Part shown: one piece after another, positions 9,740 to 20,400 of the stretch
Layout of the letters: every line of letters starts with the position of its first letter
How positions within the stretch are numbered: position 1 is the stretch's first letter
IMG/VR virus record: IMGVR_UViG_3300009164_000001
Location: 1 to 64,000 of that record
Direction: 5' to 3' (one strand)
From: a virus
DNA length: 64,000 nucleotides
The notes under the pieces: model-generated
Database searches by the model: none
What the model saw: the letters and a program-made list of their open reading frames with translations, nothing else
What the model was told of the DNA's origin: nothing
Position numbers and translations under genes: made by a program

Positions 9740-12700
9740 TTATTTATTGCTTCCTGCTCCAAGATCAAACCACTTAGCTGCGGCCCCTGGATCAGAAGAC
9801 TTTTCAATTCCTCCCCATATTGGGATAAGCTTTGCAATTTTTGCTTGTAACTTGCTGTCCCCTTTTTCGTGTATTCCAGAACGACGTTGGTAGTAAGAAT
9901 CTTCATCGTTTCCAGTTACAGTTCCTACAGCTGTAGAGAATGTTTGGTGAACAACATCTAAGAATCTTTGTAGCGGTCGAACAGTTGCTGTAGGACTTAC
10001 TGCAAGCTTTAAGAATTCTTCTGGGTTTATGAACTGAGTTAATTCAGAATTCATACGAAGAGCTTGATACATCAAGAATTGTTCTCCGTAGCTTTCATCA
10101 TCGTCATCTCCACCTAAAGCTGATAAGATTAGCAAGCATAATGTAAAGAAGGCCATTTGAACACTAACACGTTTTACGTTTTCTTTCTCAAAGTCTTCCA
10201 TCATTTTGTACACACTTACAAAGTTTCCTCCTTTTCTATATGTATCTCCAATGAAACGTTTCATTGTAGTAAGCATACCTTCTGAAATAGTTCCAAGCTC
10301 TAAGTCACGGTGGATACCCCCACGAAGTCCGTTGTGTCCAAAGTTTCTACGAAGAGATGGTACAAAGTAACGACGGAATAGCATGATTAATTTACCAAAT
10401 GATCTACGTTGAAGCATAGCATCATCAAACTTAGTTTTAACCTGGTTAGTTTTCTTAGTTAATCCAGAAATCTTTCCCATGAACTGCATTCTATTAAACT
10501 CCCCAAGTACTTCTATTGTGATATCATTACCATCTTCATCAATCTCATTTACTTTTTTCATCACACGAACCTTAGGGTCCACAGAATATCGGCCAGTCTT
10601 TTCATCTAAGACAAATACATCCCAAAGATTTGCATCTTGGCCTTCTGCATTCTTAAGCACTTGTCCATTTTCATCAAGTAACTTTCCTCTGTATGAATCC
10701 ATTAAAGCAAACATACGAGTAACAGCTGTCTCATGTTCAGGGATCTTTTGAAGGATCATTGGAATATCGTTAACAGCTTTTAATGCAAATGGTCCTGACT
10801 TCTTTTTGTTAGCTATGTCTAAGGCCTCTCCAAGAGCATCAAATTGTTGAATGGCTTGTACAAGTTTAGACTGTGGGGCAAATGAATCAAAGTCTTTAAG
10901 TGACGATAATCCTCCATTAGCAATAGAGTAGTACGTTCTCTTAGCCCATGCTAAGTTTGATTTATTAAAGAATTGATTGGCCACTCCTTCTTCTACCATA
11001 CGAACGTTATCTATCAAGAACTGGTTAGTAGCTTGAAGAGCATTGAATGCAAGGTTGTTTAAAGCTGTAAAGCTTGCAAGTTTGTTAGCTATTTTGTTGG
11101 CTGAAAATTCCCGTCCAAAGATATCGAGATTGGTTTTGAGATCCTTCTCTCCATAGAAGATAGTGTCAATCCATTCATTTAAATGTTTAAAGTCATTGCT
11201 ATCCCCTTTTTTAACTACGTGTTTGGTAAATTTAAGTTTCTTACCAAATGCATGGTAGATAGGATGGCCGGCAGAAGTTGTTTCGTATGTTATACGATTT
11301 TCTATTGCATCTCTCATCAATACAACAGCTCCATTAATCTGTGCTTTTCTTTTGAAGATGTTAGTCATTCCAGAGAACTGGACGATCGTGCTAGCCAAGT
11401 CACGACTAACTAATTTTTCTTCAAGAGGATTTACGTAGTAAACAGGTATTACTTTTTTAGTAGACTCTCTGTTTGCATTGATTGCATCCCCATAGCTTGT
11501 ATCTGTAGATAAGAATTGAAATGCTTCTTTAGTAGCATCTTTAGTTGCTGACCATGCTCCTTCTCTTTGTACTTTTTCTAAACCTTCTGCACGAATACTT
11601 GGGGCAATGTAACTAAAGTTATCCCAAGAGTTTTTTGGTTGCTGACTAGCCTGTCCTAAGATTTTTTGTTTCTCTTTGTAAAGGTCAAGCAATCCATTGT
11701 AATAAGCAAATGCTGCAGGGTTTGATTGAAGTTGTGCATATTTAGGGTTTGCATACTTAGCATTAGGTTGCACAGCATTGTATTTAAATACGTTTCTGTT
11801 AGTGTCGTAGATTTTATTAATCATAGACTCTACAGTGTCAAAGTCATACTTATACTTAGCCATCAGCTCTGGATCCGGTGTCTTTGGGTTACCGTCAGCA
11901 TCAATTCCACTTGACTCTTGAAGCATAAGATTGTAGTATGCATCTTTGTCAAGAAGCAATTTATCAAGACGTGCTTGAGAGTCTGGACTTGGTGTTGTAT
12001 TAGCTGCATACCATGCTGCTACCTCTGTGTAATATGCTGCTTTAGCTGGAGATTTTTTCCAAGTTTTTAATGCATCCTCGTCTGATTTTTCTGGCTTAGC
12101 ATATTTTGCAGCAAGCATGTCGTACATATCAGACTCATCTTTCTTAAATCTTTTTACGTCGTAAGGCTGTACAAAAGATAGTAATCTCATTACCTCTCTT
12201 TTACCACTTTCAGGATTGTAAATTCTATATTCTTGTGTTTCTAATAATGCATCGTTAAATGTATTAGGATTTACACTTCCTCCTACAGATTCTTCGTAGG
12301 CCTTGTAAAGAGCTGCTACTCTGTAAATATCTGCTTGTGTATCATCATTGGCTTGATACATTTTGTCTTTTAACATTGTTGCAAACATTTGCAAACCAAC
12401 TTTAGATGAGTAGATGATTGGGTCCATCAAGTAACTAAATGCAGATTTATCTGCTTGCCCTTCTTTAAACTCTCTGATTAAAGTTGCACGAGTAATTTTC
12501 TTATTTTTAAGCTGCTCAATATTTAATGCTTTTAACATTTCATGAGTCTCTTCTTTAGTAATTGTACCTTCTTTTTGTTGATTAAGAATATTGTAGTATT
12601 CTTCAGTACGTTCAATAGCAACTAAACGATCATTCTTTTCAATGTTAGCAACAGCAGAATCAATCTGATCATTAATTTCAGGAGTATTGTATTCTAACAA

Positions 12701-14476
12701 CAAGTCCACCATCATAGGTATACCTGTCTCTAAGTACTTATCCGACATACCTTTCATTACATCGACAGCACTTACAATACTCTGTTCTAAAGATGAAAGT
12801 TCTTTGTATTTAGGATCGGTTAATAACTGTTCTTTAGTAAGACCTTTTCTTTCAATCTTATAACGTACAAGCTCACGGATGGCTCCCATCATACTATCTT
12901 TAGCCTCTTTGGCTCCAAAGAAATCAGATAAGTTTTGGCCTGCAGAATGCAGTTGGTGGATAAGTTTTAAACGTTGGTCTGTTGATAAACCAGTACTATA
13001 CTCTTGATTAACTTGTTCTATTAATGTTTTAGTGTTGTCTACAAGAGAAACTGCATACTCAATAAATTCTCCTAAATCCTCAAGCTCTTTTGCTAATTCT
13101 AATTTAGCTTGAATATTTTTTATTTTTTCAATTTCTTTTTCACTTGCATTCTCCCCTTGACGTTGAAGATTGATCATAGCTTCTTCTAAAGCTATTTTAG
13201 CTTGTGTCAATACTTCATCAAATCTTTTCTTTTTCTCATTGTCTAGAGCTTTACTGTCTGCTGCAAGAAATCCTACTGACATATTTTTAAACAGTCTGCT
13301 ATCAATCTTATCTTTCATAAGAATTTGAGCAAGCTCTTCAACTGCAGACGGTCTTGCTTCTACACCAAAAAGTTTAGATAATGCACGAAAGATTCTATTT
13401 ACAATTGTTTGGAATTTGTTAGGATTCTTTCGTTGAATTTTTGCTCCAGCTATACCAATAGCAGTAGTCAAAACTTCATTATCTAATTGCTTCCCATTTA
13501 ATTCTGGGTAAGCTAGTTGTACTTGTTTATACAGATTGGTGTTACGAAGTTCTGCTATTGCTCTATTAACAACAGGGTTGTCTTCTCCAAGTAAATCTAA
13601 TAAGATGTGCCCAAACTCGTGGATAGCTGTATCCTCTGTCACCCTTGAAGGGTTAAGACGAATTATAGGTTTTTTACCAGGTGTAGAATCTACTCTACCT
13701 TTCCCATCTAATTCAGGATCAATAATGATTTCAATAGGGATACCAGCTCTTTCAAAAGCAACTCTCATTCTGTTGATACCCTCAGATATTGTTTCAATCT
13801 CAACATTCTGCATTCCCTCAATATCAATTCTGCTATCTTTTGACTCTTGTTCAAATCTAGCCATGATACTCTGGACATTCTCACGAGTCATTTTTGATTC
13901 AGCAACAGCTGCATCAAGAAGGTTTGGATTAAACTGATGTTTAAATTGTGAGGTTACTTGAGATGGTACCGGAACTACTGCTCTAGGACTTGCAACTCTA
14001 GCTGGACGTGGATCACCTGTAAGTGGAATGATAGGGTTAATATATCCATTGCTTCTTATAGGCTGTTCTAAAGCATACTCATAAGAGATTTGCTCGTTTT
14101 CAAATACTGGGGCAAGATTTGGTTGAATAGCACTAAGAATGTTTTCATTAAATCTTACAGCTATTTCTACATTGTTATTACGGCCTTCACGTTGTACTGG
14201 GGTAAGAGATATCACTGGGGCCGGTGCTCCGTAGTTAAATTGAAGAATTGCATTTAATTGCATAATATCTTCAATAGGAGATAAATCAAATCCAGTTTTA
14301 AGAATAGGGTTGAATAATCCCATTACATCAGCATCTGCTAATTCTCGTAATAAGTCTATAGCAGTAACATAACCTACCGAAGCAAGTTTGTTATCAATCA
14401 TGTTGATTACTCTAGTGTGGACAGGAGATTGTCTGATCTGTCCGTTTTGGTCTATTCTTAAATATGTACAAGGCAT
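9740..14476 (-). CDS. giant virion (ejected) protein with zincin-like domain and C-terminal hydrophobic helix
   Basis: 1578 aa; HEFGH motif (13607-13621) with downstream E (NEVL); C-terminal hydrophobic helix followed by DDDDE; downstream of the vRNAP, as in crAss-like phages. Confidence 0.75.
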   Translation of the reverse strand: MPCTYLRIDQNGQIRQSPVHTRVINMIDNKLASVGYVTAIDLLRELADADVMGLFNPILKTGFDLSPIEDIMQLNAILQFNYGAPAPVISLTPVQREGRNNNVEIAVRFNENILSAIQPNLAPVFENEQISYEYALEQPIRSNGYINPIIPLTGDPRPARVASPRAVVPVPSQVTSQFKHQFNPNLLDAAVAESKMTRENVQSIMARFEQESKDSRIDIEGMQNVEIETISEGINRMRVAFERAGIPIEIIIDPELDGKGRVDSTPGKKPIIRLNPSRVTEDTAIHEFGHILLDLLGEDNPVVNRAIAELRNTNLYKQVQLAYPELNGKQLDNEVLTTAIGIAGAKIQRKNPNKFQTIVNRIFRALSKLFGVEARPSAVEELAQILMKDKIDSRLFKNMSVGFLAADSKALDNEKKKRFDEVLTQAKIALEEAMINLQRQGENASEKEIEKIKNIQAKLELAKELEDLGEFIEYAVSLVDNTKTLIEQVNQEYSTGLSTDQRLKLIHQLHSAGQNLSDFFGAKEAKDSMMGAIRELVRYKIERKGLTKEQLLTDPKYKELSSLEQSIVSAVDVMKGMSDKYLETGIPMMVDLLLEYNTPEINDQIDSAVANIEKNDRLVAIERTEEYYNILNQQKEGTITKEETHEMLKALNIEQLKNKKITRATLIREFKEGQADKSAFSYLMDPIIYSSKVGLQMFATMLKDKMYQANDDTQADIYRVAALYKAYEESVGGSVNPNTFNDALLETQEYRIYNPESGKREVMRLLSFVQPYDVKRFKKDESDMYDMLAAKYAKPEKSDEDALKTWKKSPAKAAYYTEVAAWYAANTTPSPDSQARLDKLLLDKDAYYNLMLQESSGIDADGNPKTPDPELMAKYKYDFDTVESMINKIYDTNRNVFKYNAVQPNAKYANPKYAQLQSNPAAFAYYNGLLDLYKEKQKILGQASQQPKNSWDNFSYIAPSIRAEGLEKVQREGAWSATKDATKEAFQFLSTDTSYGDAINANRESTKKVIPVYYVNPLEEKLVSRDLASTIVQFSGMTNIFKRKAQINGAVVLMRDAIENRITYETTSAGHPIYHAFGKKLKFTKHVVKKGDSNDFKHLNEWIDTIFYGEKDLKTNLDIFGREFSANKIANKLASFTALNNLAFNALQATNQFLIDNVRMVEEGVANQFFNKSNLAWAKRTYYSIANGGLSSLKDFDSFAPQSKLVQAIQQFDALGEALDIANKKKSGPFALKAVNDIPMILQKIPEHETAVTRMFALMDSYRGKLLDENGQVLKNAEGQDANLWDVFVLDEKTGRYSVDPKVRVMKKVNEIDEDGNDITIEVLGEFNRMQFMGKISGLTKKTNQVKTKFDDAMLQRRSFGKLIMLFRRYFVPSLRRNFGHNGLRGGIHRDLELGTISEGMLTTMKRFIGDTYRKGGNFVSVYKMMEDFEKENVKRVSVQMAFFTLCLLILSALGGDDDDESYGEQFLMYQALRMNSELTQFINPEEFLKLAVSPTATVRPLQRFLDVVHQTFSTAVGTVTGNDEDSYYQRRSGIHEKGDSKLQAKIAKLIPIWGGIEKSSDPGAAAKWFDLGAGSNK

Positions 14477-14480
14477 AATA

Positions 14481-14488
14481 CAAAGATA
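14481..14488 (-). promoter_or_regulatory. Bacteroidota -7 element TATCTTTG
   Basis: Matches TAnnTTTG; 4 nt upstream of the ATG at 14476. Confidence 0.6.
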
Positions 14489-14494
14489 ATCAGA

Positions 14495-17400
14495 TTATAT
14501 AAAGCACGACATAGTTCCATCTTCATTTCCTATGTTATTCACTCCTGCTTCCCATACAGCATTTCTTCCAGAAGTTATGTAACTAACTAAATTAGTAGGC
14601 ACATCATTTTTAAGTACGTATGAAATACCAGTACCGTATAACTTTGTAGCTCCTCTAGCTGCAAATGATCCTGCTAGAGCTGTGTACATAGATACTTCTC
14701 TGGAATCATTTGGAATTCTTTGATATACTGCAGAAGTTTTAGCATCTTGGTTACGAACTATAACAAATGGTTTATGTATCTCTTTGCTAGTAATTATTGT
14801 TGCCATATCTGGTTTAAGCTCATCACTAGGGACAGTTGATAACATCCCTTGGCCAGCAGCTCTCATTTTACCAAACATAGTCATATATCTAACTAGATCT
14901 TTTGCATCAAAGTAATTACCATCTGCAAGTTTTTCTCTTTCGTTGTACATGAATTCTGAGATTGTAACTTTCTTATCAGAACCTTCTACTTCCATTGGAG
15001 TAGTAAAGAATTCAGATGGAACAAGGTCAGAGTATGAATCAGCACTTTGTCTAAAACCATTAGTAATAAACGTATGCATAACCAAGTCTCTCCCTAAACG
15101 TTTGATTTGATTAACTTGAGATTGAATCTCTGGACTGTATTTTCCATCAGGTCCTAAAAACTTTTGCTCAAGAGGAGCAGACACATATGCAACAGGATTG
15201 TACAGCATTGTACGAAGATTGTTTGTGTAAGCTTCTTTTGCTGAACGTGTAGGAGTTACAGAGTTATCAAACTTAATACCGTAGTAACCAGCTTGTGCAT
15301 TAACATCTAACTCTAAGTTAGCAATGAATGGTGCACTAGCTAAAGCTGGGTGCTTTGCTCTAAGTTTTAACATTCTTTCTCCAATGTTGTTAGAAGGACT
15401 GTCGTACAAATCTCCATAAGTAGTATTTGCAAAAAATGGAGATCCAGGCCTCATCAACATCATAAACATTAAGTTGTAGTCAATCAACTGATGCATTTCT
15501 GCATTGACATCATTTCTACCACTAGCTCTCTTTAAGTTTTCTTTGAAGTTGTTGAAAGCATTTGAAGTACGGATTGGAAAGTACATACCTGCAAGTTCCA
15601 ATCCATCTCTTAATAACTTTTCATAACCTCTTTCAAATCCGTAAATAGAATTTTCTCCAATGTATTGATCTACCACGTTACGGCCGGGGCTCATGCTGTC
15701 AAAGAATAAAACTTCTTTGTTTACTTTTCCATCTTCTGTATCGTAGTCCTCATCAAACTCAGCTTGCTTATCCTGGTACCCTTGAATAGAACCAATACGA
15801 TTCATACCATCCATAGAATCTGGAGTAATACGTTTGTACATGTTCATCAAGCTTCTACCAGCTTTTGAAAAGAATTCAAAGTTGTGTAGGAAGATTGCTT
15901 GTTCAGCCATATCTCTTCCTTCGATAAAATTAAATCCTGCTTGTTGAGTAGCGGCTTTAGAACCAGCAATGTTTGCAAGTTCAGAAGCTTTCATTGGAAG
16001 AGATTGAGCTAAGTTTATACCTTCTCCTTTAGGGATAAGATTATTTAAGTTATACTTTGTCTTGATAAAATCAATAGACTTAGTTAATTTTCTTAAATCT
16101 CCTCCATGCTTTGTTTCAAACACATCTATTAACTCTCTAATGATAGGCTGGTTCAAGAAGTTGGTGCATGTTTTAGAACTATACTCAGGAAAGAAACCTA
16201 AGAATAATGCACGTACTCTAGAGGTAAGCATGTTGTCATTTAACTCCGTATGAATAGGAACGTTTGAAGCATCCACAGCAGCTGATAAGAACAAAGATGT
16301 TGATCTGTCTGTAGGGATACCTTGTGCTTCTTTTACGTAGTTAATGTATTCAGTTATGTTTCCTGAGTCATCAATTATTTTAATAGCATGGCTTTTATTT
16401 ATAGCAATGTTACCGTGAGAAGCTACGTTACGTCCAGACAGCATGTTTGCATAGATACCACGAAGTTTGTTACCCTTGATACTACGAACAATAGTGTTAG
16501 CTTCAGTATCCCAAGCATTCCAGTCAGTAGCCATTCCAAGTTCAGGCTTTACTTTTCTAACACGAGCTGCTTCATTAGGAAGGGTCTTGTCATCGAGTGG
16601 AGCAAATACCTCATTGAAGTGAGCAGGATTAGAGTAGACTGCTTCAACTGTATCAAAGATAATGTTGTTTAGCATCTCTGGTGTTACAAGCTTTTCATTA
16701 GATAAAGCTGCTACATTTTTTGCAAGTGTCTTATAGTTTGGAATTACTTTTCTAATGCTGTATGGGTAATCTGGGGTCGGCTCAACTTTCTCTACCTCTG
16801 GGAAAAGTAAAGTTAATTTATCGACGTCATGGTCAGATCCCATCAACTTGATAAGCTGTCCTGGTACAACGATTCCTTTTTGGTAGTTGGCTGGTAAGAA
16901 CTTAGCAATTTTTAAAATAATGGTTGCAGACTTATCGGCATTAGGGGTACGGTAACCTATGATTCTACGTAGTTCTTCTGGTACATCGTCCAAAGATTCA
17001 CCTGGTTCAATCCCAAACTGACGAGCAAGGTCTTCACGAATCATGATCTCAGCATGAATAACTCTCTTACCGTCTTCAGAAATTTGTGTGAAGTTTAATG
17101 CATTGTCTACTCTGTGCCCACCTATCTGTGCAATCTGTACTGCATCGTATCCTTTAGCCTTTTGGTTAAACACTTTGTTGTTAACCAAAGACATGATGAT
17201 AGACTCATACTTCTTATTGTAGATAGGTAAGTCTAATGGAATAGAGAACCTTGGCATTCCTGTCTCATCAAAACTAATCTTGATAGCATCAGAATAATTT
17301 GAAGGAAGATCACTCTCATCAATCTGCTTTAACAAAATATCTCTTACCTTTTGCAAAACTTCTAGTTTTACTTTTTTAAGGTTATCAATATCTCCTAGTG

Positions 17401-20400
17401 CAGTTGCTTCTCTAAGCTTGTCAATCCCTAATTCTTCTTCTACTGCATTTGTATCTCTTCTAAGTTTCTCTTCAATAGCAGCATGGTATAGCTTCTTCAT
17501 TGCAGATCCAGTCAAGCTAACTTGAGAACCTAGTCCTGCATTTAAATCATAGATAGTCCCATCTGCAACATTAGCAATCATGTTCTTTTTCAACTGACGG
17601 CTGATGATAACTTTTGGATCAGGTTTCATCTCCCCAATGTTCTGAGGGAAACGAAGTTTCTTAGAGTTATTTTTATTTATAACCATATTACTGAGTTCCC
17701 CAATATTCCCAGTATGTTGGTATACCCCACGTTTTGCTACCTTCTTACCTGATACGTGATTTAATACGTGCAAAGGCTGTAAACCTTGTCCTGCATATTG
17801 TCCGTCAAGTTCCATACGTGAACGTATGTCTTCAAGGTGTGGGAAATCTTTTGTGTATTCTTTCAACAATACAGTGTACGAATTCTTTTCAGAAGTTGTG
17901 CTCATCATATTGTTTTCTTTGTCGTAGTGTACATCCTCATAGTATGGTTTATGTGGTGTAACAGGGACAGCTTCTCCTTCTTTATAACCTTTAGGGAGGA
18001 ATCCTTTTTGGTATACAAACTTACCAGTTTTCTTATATGCTTTGTAAGCCTCTTCTTCTTCTGTGCCCCATTTACCTTCTCCCATAGAGATGTATCTATG
18101 CATGTCTAAGCTAATAAAAGCCTGAGCATCTGTAGATTCAAAAGCTCCTGGACGATAAGCATCAGCAATAGCTAATGACTTTTCAAAAACTCTTGTAGTT
18201 GCTGGTAAAAGTGCAGCTATTTCTGTATTAATTTTTGCAGAAGAAACTCTTCCTTTAGAATTAGCTGCATTAATTGTAATATTTTTTCCTGAGATTTTTA
18301 CAGCTGGTTCTGTTTCAGTAGCTGTTGCATTGTATTCAAATGTAACTCTGTACTTGTTAACAGTTGGGCCTAGCTTTGATAACTCATTGTTGATAAGTCC
18401 CCTAGCAATGTTATCACAAGCTGCATGTCCTTGGGCAGTAAGTGCAGGAGTCAAGTCAAGATGCAAATCTCTCATTGTAACTTCATTGAACTCTTTTATC
18501 ATTCCATAAAGCTCTCCTTTAATGAATGTTCTTGCATTTGACAACTCTCCTTGTAAAGCCAATCTTGTACCAGGTGTAGTTAAATGGCCCATACGTTTGT
18601 AGAAGTTCTCTAAGTTCTTGTGATTTGCTCTGCTTCCACGGAACATTTTCACAATTTCATTTCTCATTAAAGCTTCTGTAACAATGAATCCTCTCATTGT
18701 AGTTTCAAGGGCACCTTTTTCTTGAGAGAAGTTTATGGCTCCTACTCCAAGGCTGCCTATTTTTTTACTATCTTTTAAAGCAACTGTTGCAGCCTCTGCC
18801 TGCTTTGTAAAATATTCACTCATTTTAAGAGTCATTTTAGCAAGCCTAGCATCTATATCAATAGTCTCTGCAGGAGTTAGTTTTCCTGCTACATAATCAT
18901 TTATTTTATCACTCAGTTGTTGAACACCGTTGTAAGCAACACTGTCTTCTTTTATTACTTCATCAGTTACAATGGTTAATCCGTCTGCATCTTTTGCAGT
19001 AAACTGGAAATAATCTTCATTAAAGGCATTCCCTAAATATTTATTGTCTTTTAGAATTCCTTCTTTTGTCGGGTTACCTGGCTCAGTGTGCACACCTTCT
19101 AAAAGTGTACTATAGTTCTTAGTTGTAATTGCAGTGTGTACAACTTGCTTAGCAGCTGATACACGTAACAAGTCTTGTACAATCTGTGCTTTTATTAAGT
19201 CAGCCTCAGAGTTATCGATACCATAAGGGTTTACTAAGACTCTTGGTACCTCAATGAAAGAATATTTGTTACGGTCAGATTGAACTGGTACAGCAATAAA
19301 GCAGGTCTCAGATCTTGGGTCATTGTTGATAAAGGCATTGATCCTTACAACTAAGTTATCAAGTTTTGAGAAGTCCTCGTAAGACATTGCATCATCAACT
19401 TTGTCCCCACTTTTAGCAGCATCAAAGTCAACTACTTTAAAATCTTTTAAGAATCCTGGAGTTTTTAAGTATCTAAATAATACACTTGCAAACTTAGGAT
19501 TGTTACCTCCATTAATGAATGGATCTGACATGTATTCTTTATACAGTTCAACACTCTCAGCACTTCCATCACTAAGGGTGTTAACAATATCATTCATGTT
19601 AGATGCAAGATTAGATGGGTACATAGCTTTACCCTTACTGTTCACAAAGCTTTCTCCAATTGTATTTAGCATTGGAGTAAAGTAATTAACAATACCTGTA
19701 ACTAATGCTTTATTTAAACTGATGTAGTCTGCTGTTGGAGTGATTGTCTCAAGCTGTTCTACAGTACTTTGTCTAGAAGGTGTGAATTTTGCAGACAGTT
19801 TTAATACTTTAGTTAAATCTGCTGCAAGTAATTTAAGTAATCCAGTTCCATTATAGTTTCTAACTAATCCATTAGGGGATTTAATTCCTACACCAACGTT
19901 TATTAAAGACTGTAATGCCCATTTAGTTTCAGCTATATTTGAAGAGTCAGTTCCGATGTGCATCCCTAAGGCCCACATTAATTCTGCTACTTTTTCTACA
20001 GTCTCATTGATAGATCCATCAGATGTTTGAACAACAAATGTTCTTGGATCAGATTTATTTAACCCTTTTTCTAAGTCTCTAACAATAGCAGCTGCTGCTA
20101 ATATTTTTTCTCTATCAGCTTCTAAGTATGTTACTGGACTTCCATCAGAGTTTATAGTTGGTTTACCTGCAGCATCAAGCACCGGTTTTCTTTGGTACAA
20201 GGCTCTAGGGTTCTCATTGTTATCTCTGATAAGTTGGGTTTTCCAACGGTCAATTGTCCCAGCTACTACGTCCTTTCTATTAGGATTGATTACGTCTGCA
20301 AATCTTTTATTGCCTTCAATACGATCTTTGATCATAATGAATTCAGTATTTACAAGAGCAAAAGCAGTGTAAAGCATTGCACAGTCACGGTCATCTAATT

